A stretch of 64,000 nt of DNA from Eledone cirrhosa (Eukaryota), in contig OZ024740.1 of the NCBI GenBank assembly GCA_964016885.1, positions 127,596,001 to 127,660,000 on the forward strand. The letters run 5' to 3'. A program made the position numbers and the translations under genes. Below the pieces are notes generated by a model. It had not been told where the DNA came from, did not search any database, and was given only the letters and a program-made list of their open reading frames with translations. Within the stretch, counting starts at the first letter, position 1. Each line of letters opens with the position of its first letter. Below are positions 24,131-43,092 of the stretch, in pieces.

Positions 24131-27100
24131 GCGTGTGTATATATATATATGTATATATATATATGTGTGTGTGTTGGTGTGTGTTCGTATGTATGCACAT
24201 ATACACATATATGTATATATATAAATGTATAAATGTATACATACTTACATATAAATGTATATATATATATCCAAAAGGAGAAAAAGATTCTGATATTAAA
24301 CGAACACATATATAGCTATAGAGATAAAAATCTGAAAGTAATATAAAAAGGAAACTGTATAAAAGTGTAATAAAAGAAATTATTGAAAAAATAATATAAA
24401 AAAAATAAAAAAGAAAAAATATATTTTGCCATAAGCAAAATGGAGTATGAGCCAACTATTATCACGTCATTGCCACATAAATTTAACTGGTTACTTTCTT
24501 CCGTGTCGATCTCAGGTCAAAGTGCCTGGTAGATTTTTATCAGTGACTTCAAGCTGTTAGGAAATTTTATTTATATATTTATTTTTGGATGTAACAAAGT
24601 CGCTCGTTTCAAACGGAGACAGCCAAATGTCCATTTCGCGTCACGCAGTATAAATTTTCCATTAATGTAAAGTAGTAAAAAGTTGGGATTTAAAGAATAT
24701 CAAATTCCACTGTACGACAACAAAAACAACAGCAGCAACCAACAGCATTAAAAACAATATAAATATAAACAATAACCACAAACCGAAATCAACGACATCA
24801 ATATCAAAATTGTTACTGACAACGGTCTGGCAACGTTACTTCTTCAATATTGTGCCACACGGAAGGACTAAATTAATAAAAAGATGAAATAAAATAGAAA
24901 TAGAACAAAACAAAAATCACCAACATACTAAATAGTTTACATGAATATTATAGAATACCAAGAGATCTTGAATAATAGTTATTTTCAAGTTTAGGACAAT
25001 AATTTACATTACACGTGTACAGTATAAATCTACACAATACAACTCTGCAATATTACAAAGCATTATACTCGTATTAAAAAAATGAAAAATTTTACTTATT
25101 CTTGTGGCTTTCCCTCTTCAAATTTTAGTTTGGAATTCATAAACATTTCAACAACAAGAACAACACCCAGCAACGTTTTATTAAAGCAGAATTTATGTTT
25201 GCTGTTCTAGATTTCAAAGAAATAAAAAAACTAAAAATTCTAATGAGACAGGCAATTCAATATTGCAAAGGCATTGTATCGGATTTAGCGAAATTCCACA
25301 AACGTTACCACAGTGAATGAGAATAGTCTGAAATAACATAATCACACACTGCACAAGCAAACTGCCATACATATATTTCTTGAGCTTACCTTCAAATAAA
25401 GAAACAGGGAAAAAAATCAATCATACTTCTACTGGGAACATAGTTTCATGTCTTCTTTGTGCTTAACACTCGAAAACCAACCAATAGAAACATATAAAAT
25501 AATAACCCCACGATAGCCTGGTATAATCACAAATGTTAGAATTAAAATTCCGTGGGCCTGAAGGAATATCTCCGTACAACAACATCTACAATAAATGTAA
25601 CAACTCTGCCAAATAACACGAACCAAGATTTTCGGGGAGATCATGACTGTTTCAAATCCAAATAACTGCCTTCCCATGTATAATCTTGAACATTTCTTCG
25701 TTTCGTAGGCGATAGACAAGATCCTAGATATCACTTACCGAGTAAGCTGGAACAGGTCAATTCAGATAATGGAAACAATGTTCGCATTGTTTTATCCATT
25801 GCTGATACTATCTATCGAAACATTTTAGATAAAATTATTATTCACATTGCTAGCCGTATTTCCCTATTCAATTAAACCAGGAATTCATACAACTACTACA
25901 CTCAGCTACGACACAATCGGTCAAACATTTTTATAATAACTGCAAAATACCGACTACACCCAGACCCCACGATCAAAGCAAAATTATAATGTATAACACA
26001 GTCACTGGCTGGAAAATTAACTGTCATATAACAAAAATATGTAAAGTACAAAATTTAGACTTCCAAATTTCAAGTTTCCCGAATGGATTGCTACAATTAG
26101 TCATCCGGTACACGAATATTATTAATCAACTCAATAAGGAAATATATGTAATATATATATATGCTTATTGTTGACAAAATAGGAGCAATATAATGCTTTG
26201 CATGATCTCCTTGAAGTAATTCGTTCCTTTACAAATATATATTTATTCACGTGTATTACTGTGGTGTGGGTGTGTGCATGGGTGTATGAAATATAAAAAG
26301 GTGATCATTAGGCTCATAATGTTTCACATTACCGCTTTTAATGTATAGCATTGAATTGATGTAAAGATTCCCTGTGTAGGATGTTTTTATATTACACGTG
26401 CATATAGCCGAACTTTTAGTTGGTTTCATCGCTCTAAACAGTCTGTTGCAGTTTATAAATATATATATGTATGTATTTATAAATATATGTATCTATGTAG
26501 GTGTGTATATGTATGTGAGTGTGTGTATGATATTACTGACATTTGGTTACGCGTGTTTTTATCGCTATCTGTTTGAGGATTGTTAACTTTCATTTCCTCT
26601 TTTCAAAAGATACCTGTTTCTGTGTATTTTTTCCAATATAAGACTAGCATAGGAAATGTTAAACCTCTTTGAATATTTCATATTTTCTTTTATGTGTCAA
26701 CCTAATATAGTAAATTATTGATCTCAGATGCTGTTCTTTCGTTTTTAAATGGGTTGGTATATATATAAATATATACATATGTGATGCATGCGCGCGATTG
26801 TTTCCGCCTGTGTGTGTGAGTGCGTGCATATGAGTGAGCAGATATGTGGGTGTGTTTTGAGTGCACGCGCTTATGTTTGCATGTGTGTGTGTCACACACA
26901 ATAATAATTATGAGAGTATGAGAGACTGTGATGGTGTTTTTTTTTTAATCTGTCTTTTTCTTTTTTTTTTCTTTTTCTTCATAGGGTGTGTCAAAGGTAA
27001 AACATATATTTATGAAAATAACAGGAGTAAAGCAGTGTACGCTCTTCAGACGTTATAAAGAAATATTAGTTATTCTTTCTGAAAAGGACTAGTTATATAT

Positions 27101-27609
27101 ATATAACATTGCATATATTTATTCAACTCGTATGTGCCTGCATATACACACATATATATATACATATATATATATAATATATATATATACATATTTTTTA
27201 TGATATATTATAATCACTAACGTATTGTACACATCAAAACATATCAATCAACGCCGAGATGTGAGTGATTATTGCAATTGTCTTCGCTATACGATGAAAA
27301 GCAAACATTTCTGTTTCCGTTGCTGTCATTCTTATTATGCATTCTTTAGAATAGTTCTCCAAAGAGAACGATACATTTCCCAATATTGCTTTTTCCAATA
27401 ATTAACTTTGATTTTTTCACCAACTTTGTGTGTGGGAATATGATAAATATGATTTATAAGCACAAATATGAATAAAGATGCAAAGAAATAATATATACTC
27501 GGTCATACAGCCAAACAAATAATATAGAGAAATATAAGATATATTTTTTGTCTAGTCACCTGTAGAATATTACTAAAAATTGCATATATTTATTCAACTC
27601 GTATGCGCC

Positions 27610-27742
<133 letters not shown>

Positions 27743-27863
27743 TATAAAATATACATACATATATATTTTATATATGTATATTTTTAATATATATATATTG
27801 AAAAAACAAGATGGCGTAGGACAGAACAAAGGAGAGGCACGAAAACAAAGAAAATAATCCCCA

Positions 27864-27906
27864 GTCACGGAAGAGGTCACAGAATGTGTGACGAAAGAAC
27901 TTTGAC
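27864..27906 (+). ncRNA. Degenerate minimal HHR (U4G) in a pLTR-like segment ~27800-28095
   Basis: gtca-CGGAAGA-g-gtcac/gtgac-GAAA-gaac-TT-tgac. Confidence 0.6.
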
Positions 27907-28201
27907 ATAATATATGAACAATCGTCTGGTTGTGGAACCAACCGGAAACTTATAAATTTAATTTATAATAAATTGAATTGAAACATCTGGTCCGTGTGTT
28001 TCTTATTGGCAACATGACCCTCCCAAAGCATAACAATATCGGTTTCAACACACGTTTTCAGATAACGAATCTTGCTAAACAAATTCAGAAACGAAATATA
28101 TATATATATATATATATATATACTAACGAAGGAAATGTGGTAAGGAACCAGATGGACCATAACGCACCAAAGTACTCAATATATATATATGCATATATAT
28201 T

Positions 28202-28271
<70 letters not shown>

Positions 28272-28282
28272 TATATATATAT

Positions 28283-28383
<101 letters not shown>

Positions 28384-28846
28384 GTATATATTTGTATATA
28401 TAACTGCCCGAAACTGCGGAGCATGTATTAAAACTGAATATTAGTAATATAAAGTAAATAATATTTCAGTCTTCTGATTAAAATTTCTATTTGTTTTTTG
28501 TACAATAGATCAAAATTGTTGTATCAATAAGAATGTCTTGTTAGTTTAATCTCTTCCGTAATTTTAGCGCCTTTTTCCATCGGCGATCGAGGCGTTATTG
28601 GTCAACTAGTCGATATATTTTTATATACCCATAATTTCATTATATTCACTCCCATGTTCCTATACATATGTTGTGAGGAGCTATTTGCATTATTCCTCCT
28701 GCCTTGCACTGCCCAAGACTGAAGCAGTTCATGCCACAATCGGTATGCAAGGAATTTGCCGGTTATATACTACGAGTATGTTTATCTTTAAAACATGAAA
28801 TTTAAACAAACGATGTATAATTGTCGCTAAAACTCTTTGAGTGATA

Positions 28847-28978
28847 TCAGCAGCAACAGCAGCACGTAAAGTAGTAGTAGTAGTGGTAGTAGTAGTAGTA
28901 GTAGTAGTGGTAGTATTATTATTATTATTATTATTAGTAGTAGTAGTAGTAGTACTAGCAGCAGCAGGAACGGCAAAA

Positions 28979-29052
<74 letters not shown>

Positions 29053-29073
29053 GAGTAATAGTAGTATTAGTAT

Positions 29074-29106
<33 letters not shown>
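28847..29106. repeat. Compound (CAG)n/(TAG)n/(TAT)n microsatellite
   Basis: Directly visible; source of the poly-L/S/V ORFs. Confidence 0.95.
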
Positions 29107-29111
29107 GGAAA

Positions 29112-29430
29112 TGGTTGTTGGAGCACCGTCAGTTTTCGACGACGAGTGTCCTTGTACGAAATTCGTAACCCCCCCCCCATGAAATGAACGTGCAATTTGC
29201 CGAATATTCACCGATATATGTACCCTTAACATATTTCTCAGGAAGATTCATTATAGCACAGCATGTGTCAAGGTTGACCACTTGAGTTTCATGTACCAAT
29301 CATTTTTGCCAGTTGAGTGAATTGCAGTAAACGTGACGCGTTTTGTTCAAAGACGCAACGGGCTGTCGTCAATCGAATTCAAAGTCGTAAAATCATGCGT
29401 CGAACTCCTTTCCATCTAAACCATGATCCT
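29112..29430 (-). mobile_element. SINE family 2, old and diverged (second copy ~52890-53182)
   Basis: tRNA-like head (gaattcgatt, tctttgaacaaaac) and ~300-nt body colinear with 52890-53182. Confidence 0.55.
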
Positions 29431-29710
29431 TCATTGTGATAACAGTGGTTTTAAGAGCAAACAAATTCGTTTGCTTGCTCCCAGTTATAATGTGTGATTG
29501 ATATTCTGTTAAAACAGTCTAAATATAATAGATAATAATTTCAATTATATAGTCATATTCAAGTAAAATTAATGAAAAGAAAAAAAAAACATATCCACAA
29601 ATAGATGAAATAAAATTAGGGAAAAGGGTTATCTTTCCCGAATTTTAACTTGATCATTTTAAATTTTGCCGTAGGTATATTCAATAGAATATTACAAACA
29701 TGTATTTCGT

Positions 29711-29895
29711 ATAATTGTTTCTACTTTTGGCACAAGGCCAGCAATTACCCAGGGCATTACTGGTACTTTATTTTATCGACCCCGTAAGGATGAAAGGCAA
29801 AGTTAACCTCGGTGGGATTTGAACTCAGATCGTAAAGGGACGTAACTCCCCTGGATAGCATGGCGTCCGACCCTCTACCGATACTGCCAATCCAC
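29711..29895 (-). mobile_element. SINE family 1, near full length
   Basis: Reverse complement of the 20942 copy. Confidence 0.88.
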
Positions 29896-30356
29896 ATGTC
29901 AAATGAAAAATGAAAGATTTTTTAAGAGAAATGAAAAAAAGCGATGCAGAGAAAGAGAGAGTGGGCAGAAAAAGAAAGTTGTGAGAAAGAGAAAGAGTCA
30001 GAGATAAAGACAGACGACGGAACTAGAGAGATGTATGACGGATAGAAAAATCAATGATGGATAGAAGAGGAAATGGATTCCGTGAAGAAAGAAAGAAAAA
30101 GATTCATAGAAAACAACACGACGCAAATACCAATATTTTACATATACACATACATCTTACAAGACATACACAAAGAGGCAAACATACATAATTATACAAG
30201 TATATACATTCATTTACATACATATACATACATTTATTTTATATGTGTGTGAACCCTATGTGCGTTCCAGCGAATTGCATGAATCTGAGTGCATACAAGT
30301 ATAATACAAATATGTGTATATATGTATGTATGTAATATGTATGTATGCACCAACTT

Positions 30357-31370
30357 GTGTCAGGTCACCAGTTGGTGCTACTGGTAACATGTATTCCAGT
30401 ACAATCTGTCTCATGGTCGGGTCGTTGGCGACTAAACTGGCAACCCCACCAAGGTTTCTTGGTGAGGAGGGTGGCTTTGGACATCCTGCAGGACTAAAAA
30501 CAAAACCTGTCAAAAGGCAAAGGGGCTCTTAAGAGTCAATAGCCATCCAAAATCACCGGGAGAGATGACCCCTTAGCCTTTGTCAAGGCAGAATTCTAGG
30601 AGAAGGAAAACTCTGATATAACACCTGCAACTCTGATGGTATCCAATGATGTTGAATTGTTCTTCTTTTTGGTAAATATCATCTTGGTTAAGAGAGTGGG
30701 ACTGGCTTTGTGCAGTGCCTTTGCTCACTATAAAAGCTTCACAGCATAGGCATTGCTTTATATCTGGAGATCTCTCTGCACTTGTCGTCACATGGTACCT
30801 TGGGCCCAGCACTATGTGTCAATAATTGTCACAAGTGTAGTGTTTGTAGCAGAGTTTTCAAGTCGCTGGCTGGACTAAAAAGTCACATTCGTTCAGCGCA
30901 TTCGTAGGGGTTCTCCTACATGGATATAAAGTAGTGGCCGTACTCGAAAACGAGTTGGCAGCCACCATGTATGTATATAACACCTGCAAACCTAATGGTA
31001 TCCAATGATGTTGACTTGTTCTTCTTTTTGGTAAATATCATCTTGGTTAAGAGAGTGGGACTGGATTTGTGCAGTGCCTTTGCTCACTATAAAAGCTTCA
31101 CGGCACATGCATTGCTATATATCTGGAGATCTCTCTGCACTTGTCGTCACATGGTACCAAGGGCCCAGCACTATGTGTCAATAATTGTCACAAGTATAGT
31201 GTTTGTACCAGAGTTTTCAAGTCGTTGGCTGGACTAAAAAGTCACACTCGCTCAGCGCATCGATAGTGGTTCTCCTATATGGATATAAAGTAGTGGCCGT
31301 ACTCGAAAACGAGTTGGCAGCCACCATGTATGCATATATGTATGCATGTATGTATGCAAGTATGTATGTA
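30357..31370 (+). mobile_element. Bipartite RTE derivative, second copy, with tandem-duplicated 3' module and (ATGT)n tail
   Basis: 30357-30972 matches 14184-14797; 30976-31330 repeats 30617-30970. Confidence 0.85.
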
Positions 31371-32073
31371 TAACTACCTTGTCTAGATGAATACAGTTAT
31401 TGCTTAAGCACGTTTAACTATCACACTGGCTGTCATTTCTCGCCTAGCTATTTTCTCGTGCTAAAATATCATTTAATCTTTCTGCTTATGTAAAAGAAAG
31501 ATTATATAGATTTAGTTTTCTAGAAATTTCACATAACCAAATCAGTAATTTTCTATATTTTCATCTTCTGTTCCTTCAGCCCACTCTCTCTCTACTACTT
31601 TATTTCACTGAAACACTCATTTTCTCTTTCTTTAGCCCTGTTCTCTCTAATCATGTTACTCTCTTTCAATCTCTGCCATATTACCATGCACTCTCCACTA
31701 AAATACACTCGTTTGTTTTCTCTCTCACAATCTTTTTCTCTCTCATTCAACTTTATGATACAATGCAGCCATATAGAAAAATATTTTTTAAATGTAATTT
31801 TTAGTAAATCTTCAATAGCCATGTTTTTATTATTGTAATATACTTTTTTTAATTTTTATATATATTTTTAGTTTCTCTTCTGCAAATTATCCTGTACATT
31901 TTCTACTCAAACACCCTAACGTACATATACACAATCTACAAATACGGACACATGTGTGTATATATAATCTGTGTGTTTTTATATGAACCTATGAGTATAA
32001 ATATATATATTCATGTACGTACATTTTTGCGGAAACACACATACACACACTTACACATACATATATTTATATA

Positions 32074-32131
<58 letters not shown>

Positions 32132-33976
32132 TATATATATTGTGTATATATATATATATTGTGTATATATAGTATGTGTATATATATATACACATACTCA
32201 CAGACATATATACATATATATATATATATATATATTGTGAGTATGTGTATATATGTATACACATACTCACAAACATATATATATATATATGCGTCCAAGT
32301 ATATTCGTGAATAACTGAGCATGTGAGAGGGAGTGTATGGGAGTGTGTTACATGTGTGCACAGAGAGAAAAAATATATTCTCATTTGAAAGAATATCAAA
32401 CGGCATAATGTATTTTTCAATTCTGCTTAATATGACACCATGAAAGCCAAAAATGACAATTTCCATGGCATCTTTGCTGCGTTTCATTTCAAGACGATTT
32501 CTAATGTTTGCCTTCTTTTAAATACCTATGATTTAAAAGCTTATGCCCCTGATATATATGAATAAAAATATTCAATTGTTTGTTTAAGCTGTTCTTGTAT
32601 CTTGTTTTTATTTCTTTTCAACCATGCGATTGAATATGTCATAAATTCCTTTCACATATTAAACGTGTGTGATTGACTGAATATACACCCCCCCACACAC
32701 AAATATATATATATATATATATATATGTTTATGTATGCAAACACACACGCACACACGTATACGTGCATTATATTCATTTGGTATTTACACGTAATAGGGG
32801 AATGTGCGGCAAACCTATAAACATTAACCTATATATATATATATATACACATGTAGTTTCTGTTACATAACGCATAATTAAATTTAAGTGTGTACACATT
32901 ATACTTATCAACTGATTCAAATAGAAACACCCAAGCGTACATATATATGCTAATAGATATTTTACGTACATTCTCACACACTTTATTTGATATACTATGG
33001 TATTTACAATCATATACGCGTTCAATAACACATATACACACACATGTTTCAACACTAACTTATTACACCACATACAGAAACATACTTAACAGATTTGCGC
33101 CAAGTGTTGTATCTGATCAAGCAACATCACACATAAAATAAGTTTAGTATATAATGCTGACACACGTGTGTGTGTGCGTGTGTGTGCTAGTGTGTGTTTG
33201 TACAGGTTTGCGTTCACCTATCTATATAATTACACACACTTATTCACATAATAAGCATCACATAATTTTGCACTAGCATTAGCGAAAACGTATGAAAAAA
33301 TATTACTTGAATAGCTACGATGCAGAAAATGTTACCATCAAACAAGAGAAACATGAACGAAAAGATGAAACACATATTAAGAAATAGGTTTTCTAGCAGC
33401 TGTTTAATGTCATACACTGTGAAATCATAGGAAAATATTACTAAGAAATAAACCCTACTCTAATACGAAACATTACAAAGCACCCCCTTGATGAGAAAAG
33501 AAAAAAAAGACAAATATATAATCACGGGGCGGATAGAACTACCACATGCAGTGGTTACATTTATTTTTAGCATTTTACATGACATTGCATTTTGGTATCC
33601 CACCGTTAGATTTGGATATCTTTTAAGATTTAACTAAAGAGTAACAATAATCTGATATACTTTCAAAGACTGGTCTTTCTACGTTTTGAGTTCAAATATT
33701 GGCTATGTAAACGATATTCACCCTCCAATTGTGTTGATAATATAAATTACCTGTCAAATTCTGAGATTTATTTAATTGAGTATGCTTGAATAATATAAAC
33801 GTTGTCTTGAAAAAAATTCATAAATCAAATCTTCCGATGATTGCCCTAACTGCTAAATGCCTATATGCAGGGGAAACAAATACTTTTATTGTTTCGATAT
33901 TGTTGTTCCTGACAGAACCTGCGGGAAAATTGCTTGATGACTGATCCTACGTATCCCTCTCAGTAATAAGTTGATA

Positions 33977-34058
33977 AAGAAGAAGAAGAAGAAGAAGAAG
34001 AAGAAGAAGAAGAAGAAGAAGAAGAAGAAGAAGAAGAAAAAGAAGAAGAAGAAGAAGA
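33977..34058. repeat. (GAA)n microsatellite (another at 48913-48968)
   Basis: Directly visible. Confidence 0.95.
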
Positions 34059-34486
34059 AAATTGAGGAGGTAAGTATTTCACGTTGTGGCCTGAACATTT
34101 CAGAAATATAATTTAGTTCCCACCGTGTCCTATCTGTATTCCAGCCCACAATATACACAATTATCTATTTCTAAAGCGCAAACAAATGTGGAGTAGGAGG
34201 TTAACTAATAAAATAAACTGCAGTACCTAACTGGTATTTTATCTCATATGCTCTCTATTGTTCGACACCCATACCAGCTGTGTCGGATGAGTAAAATCGA
34301 ATAAAAGATATCTACTGCAGCATTATGGTAATGGATAACCAAGCGACTAGTCATCGTATGTGATAATTCAGACATTTAACCATTTAACTAATCCAAGTAC
34401 CCAAAGAAGGAGCCTCTATATACAAACTAGGTTTGCTAGTAATTATAGCAAACAATATATTAAAATCGTAAGTTACAGCCTGAAGT

Positions 34487-34660
34487 AATAATTGTTTCTA
34501 CTTTTGGCACAAGACCAGCCATTATCCCAGTGCATTGCTGGACTTTATTTTATTGACCCCATAAGGCAAAGTTAACCTCGGCGGGATTTGAATTCAGACT
34601 ATAAAGGGCCGTGACTCTATGCTGCAAAGCATGCCGTCCGACCCTCTACCAATACTGCCC
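34487..34660 (-). mobile_element. SINE family 1
   Basis: Reverse complement of head and core, with a small deletion. Confidence 0.85.
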
Positions 34661-35269
34661 CCGGAAAACAAACAAGGATTCTGAGTAGGCACACGGTGTC
34701 AAAAACATCGAATTGGTTCTCTTAGCTGGTATTCGCACTCTGCGTTTCGCACCCATACTAAAACTTCTAAACCACATTGGTGTTGTAAAATCTAAACTGC
34801 AGGCTATGTAATTCTCTTTTCTGATAATGAAGCAGCACGCCTCCCCTTTTCATCATAATTATTTATTTTATTTACTCGTCTACACCATTGTACGTTTACA
34901 ATGCAGAGGGTTAGGGAATTATCCTGATTCTAGATATTTTCTTTAAATAACATTTTTATTCCATTTATCAAATCGGTTCAAATATTAAATATATATATAT
35001 TTGATAAGCCCATGAGATATTGTCTGTTAAGTGTTTCAAAACAGTATTCGGAGATCTATTTAAAGGGATTAATTTTCCTTCAGGATTGTATGAAACTGCT
35101 TAAAGGAAACATAAATAAACAATATATGAATAATAAGAAAATATGCAGTTTATTTTTGTTAATTGGCCCGAACATTGGGTGCTACATGCAAGACCCCAAT
35201 GCAGCGAAGTTTCTTTTCTTATGATACGAAGAATATAAAGAAACTGTACTGGATAACATAGAGAATGTA

Positions 35270-36542
35270 CAAGGTGACCCAAAAGTTCGGTTACATATTT
35301 GAGAGTTCTTAATTTAACATAAAATAGTGACAATTTTATCTTTATTTTATATCGTTTTAGATTTGTTGTTTTCTTTAAGGTTCTGAACTCATATTTAAGC
35401 TAAGAGATATATGTTTTCCTAAAATTAGAATGGAACGTAAATGATATGTAGTAGTTCAGCTATATTAATTGGGCAAGTCGCCATCAGTAATTTTGAATTT
35501 CAATTGACCGAAAATGATGAAAATGTCTACCTATCGAACCATCAATCGATTCAGGAATACTGGGGTAGTTCAACATCGAGCGAGAACAGGATGTTCCAGG
35601 TCAGTCAAGACTTCCAGGCTCAATACAATCATAAGTTCCAAAGTTCACAGAAATCCAATGCACAGATGACTGCTGAGCTGGGAGTTTCAAGATAAACTTT
35701 GAGGCGAGTTGTCAAAAGCGACTTGCTTCATTGAAACGCCGAAAAGTTCACGGCCTAACAACTGCTTCAAAGAGAAAGAATTCGCCAAAAAGCGTGCACT
35801 GTTTAAGTAGATAGATACTGTCAGTTTGGAGAATGTGCTCTTCACAGACGAGTAATTGTTCACTGTTGAAGAAGCTCACCACAATCAAAATATGGAAAAA
35901 GCTCAGTAATGTCCAGAGAATGCCAGAAATATCGGCCACACTTAAAAACCCTTATCTGTAATGGCTTGGGCTGGAGTGTCTTCGATGGGGAAAACCGACC
36001 TTGTTTTTGTTCCTGAAGGAGTCAAATTAATTTTACAAGCAATGAAGGACTCATTCTTAAGGACGTGGTAAAACATTTCAACTAAAAAATATTCAATAAT
36101 GGCCCCTTTCTCTTCCTCCAGGATGGAGCATATTCCTGCAATGCTATCATGACTCAGAGGTCGCTTTTCGAAAATTTACTAATTTTGTTTTCCAAGAAAG
36201 AATGTCTTTCCTCAAAAAAGACATCAACTCAATGGACTTTAGTATTTGGTCCATCTTGGAGGCCATTGCTTGTCCTCAATCTCATCGTCCACTAACGATT
36301 TTGAAGAGGTGTCTGCAGCGTGAATGGGATGAATATCTCTAGAAGATTTGCGTGCCGCTGTTAAGAAGTGCCTGGTAGAATTAAGGCTGTAATAAATAAC
36401 CGAGTGGATTTATTAAATAATCCTTTGGCCGTGACATTGCTGAAAATGTTAAAAACTAGTGTGCAAGTTTTCAAGTAAATTGGTTCAGATGTGGCTGAAA
36501 TAGATTGGTGAACCTTCGAAACAGAACTTTTGGGACACCTTG
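35270..36542 (+). mobile_element. Tc1/mariner DNA transposon relic, DD37D (maT)-type, with both TIRs and TA target duplication
   Basis: TA|caaggtgacccaaaagttc ... gaacttttgggacaccttg|TA; fragments FTDE (35841), VMAWAGVSSMGKTDLVFV, QDGA (36119), DINSMDFSIW; second to third Asp 113 nt (114 expected for D37D). Confidence 0.88.
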
Positions 36543-36803
36543 TATTGTATAAGCATTACAATAGAGGATTCCAACATTTAAAGAAACATAAACAAATAGG
36601 TTCGATTATCAGGCTGAATAGCATTATCAGTTCGATTGCGTTATTTAGAGATGATATTTCAAAACTAAGAACAGAAACAAAACATCAATTTCCTAAAGAT
36701 ATTTCGGGGATCCCTGTCTCAGTTGTCTTTGTTACACGATGTATGAAGTCATTTATGCAAATAATACAAACCATTTGATTTGGAAACAATTGGAAAAAAT
36801 ACT

Positions 36804-37684
<881 letters not shown>

Positions 37685-37820
37685 GTATAAATATTCATAT
37701 ATATATATATGTATATATATACATATATATATATATATGTATATATATACATATATATATATATATGTATATATATACATATATATATATATATGTATAT
37801 ATATACATATATATATATAT

Positions 37821-38592
37821 AATAATAAAGAATTCATATCTAGTAACATATATATACATACAGATGCATATCAATGCTAGCAAATATATAGGTTTTCTCT
37901 TAATAACAGTGTGGTTCAATGCATGGGGTTGCAGAACAATAATATAAGAGACGTAAAATAAGAAAATTATAAAATTAACTTACTTACTAAAATATCACTT
38001 CCAACTAATTAGTTTCTGGAATGGAGTAAATATATTTTCCGAAGAATAATATCGAGAAGCATTCCGTCGTCAGGAGAGTCTATTCTCATGTAAGTTTCCA
38101 GGCAATGCGAGGACACTGGAAACTTATTAAAAAATAATTCAGTGGATAGGAAATAGCGAAGCGTGGACTGAATTCCACGCCATTGAGAAAATCACTGCCT
38201 CTACGTCTGTGGCAAATTCAAAAAGAATCGAACACGTAACATCGAGGTCAATCAGTGGAAAGTGGTTTGCTAATAAGACAGCGGCCTGCCTACAACCGTA
38301 GCAGCAGTCATGGCCAATATTGCTCGCCAAATAATTTGGAGATAATAATAAAGTATTTATATCTAGTAACATATATATACATACAGATGCATATCAATGC
38401 TAGCAAATATATAGGTTTTGTCTTAATAACAGTGTGGTTCAATGCATGGGGTTGCAGAACAATAATATAAGAGACGTAAAATAAGAAAATTATAAAATAA
38501 GAAAATTATAAAATTAACTTACTTACTAAAATATCACTTCCAACTAATTAGTTTCTGGAATGGAGTAAATATATTTTCCGAAGAATAATATA
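37821..38592 (-). mobile_element. ~523-nt non-coding HHR monomer in partial tandem (~1.45 copies)
   Basis: 37821-38052 repeated at 38344-38592; bounded by (TA)n on both sides. Confidence 0.85.
37998..38078 (-). ncRNA. Type I HHR with AACTAATTAGTT palindromic helix III
   Basis: ctctc-CTGACGA-c-ggaatg...cattcc-a-GAAA-ctaattag-TT-ggaag; stem I weakened. Confidence 0.65.
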
Positions 38593-38597
38593 TATGA

Positions 38598-38655
<58 letters not shown>

Positions 38656-38729
38656 TGAAGTTTCCATTGAAAATTGAAAACATCATAGGAGTGAAGAGTG
38701 CTCTATGTAAGTTACAGAGCTAAAGTGAA

Positions 38730-41812
<3,083 letters not shown>

Positions 41813-41916
41813 ACATCATATGTATATATATATATATATTAATTCAAAATATTAACGAATAGATATTCTTGTGATCAAGTATATTTTATTATATATATAT
41901 ATATATATGTATGCGC

Positions 41917-41947
<31 letters not shown>

Positions 41948-42774
41948 CGTTTGTGTGTGTGTGTGTGTATATATATGAGTGTTTGTGTGCTTCTGTGCGT
42001 GTGTGAAACTATTAATACCTTTTCCCAGTTATTCATAAAAATAATTCCTAGCCATATAATACTTTTTGTACAAATTCCATTTATATAGCAGACATCTTGG
42101 CTTTCCTCCTAAAAAGACATCTTTTACAACGCATACATATCATTAACAATGATAATCATCAGCAAATCATTAACAATAAAATAAAAGCCGTTTCTGTCAT
42201 ACCGTGGTCACGATTTCATACAGCCATCGGAAGAAACATTCTAGAATATTTATTGAAGCGTATAACAGTATAAAGAAATGACGAAACCATCAATTCTTTT
42301 ATGATATAGGAATTTGCTCCTTTATATTTCGGTAGTTTTATTTTATTATTATCTTTCATTTTTTTGTCTAATCGTTTTCTTACTACTATTTCTATATATC
42401 CTTTTTATTCCCCCTTTCTTCGTTTCCATTTTTAGTTGTTTTCATTTTGACATCATTTCACGAGCTGGTGGGCATTGTAATGGTCTTTATTATTGCCAGT
42501 TTGGCTACAAACTGATCACTAAAAATGACATTTTCTTGTTGAAAACATAATGTAGTTTTCTTTGTTGTTATATTTTTTTTATCCGTATTTTTTTTACGTC
42601 TGACTCTAGGATGAAAAATAACCTCGTGAAAAAAAGAATTATCACAAGAAAATATTAACTTTAAGAATTCAGGAAATTGTGAATTAAAATGAAAAACATT
42701 TTCAGATCGGAGCATTCAAGTGTGTAGGATTCAAAATTATATGTACACATATATTTGCGTTTGTGTGTGTATAT

Positions 42775-42930
<156 letters not shown>

Positions 42931-42999
42931 ATTTATATATATATATATTTATATATATATATATTTATATATATATATATTTATATATATATATATTTA

Positions 43000-43040
<41 letters not shown>

Positions 43041-43061
43041 CTATCTATCTATTTATCTATG

Positions 43062-43092
<31 letters not shown>

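Noticed and set aside
25140-25990. Possible ancient LINE RT remnant or exon
   Set aside because: Composition is suggestive but no motif could be read convincingly.
28729-29232. Poly-Leu/Thr/Ser ORFs resembling membrane or mucin proteins
   Set aside because: They come from a trinucleotide microsatellite plus SINE sequence.
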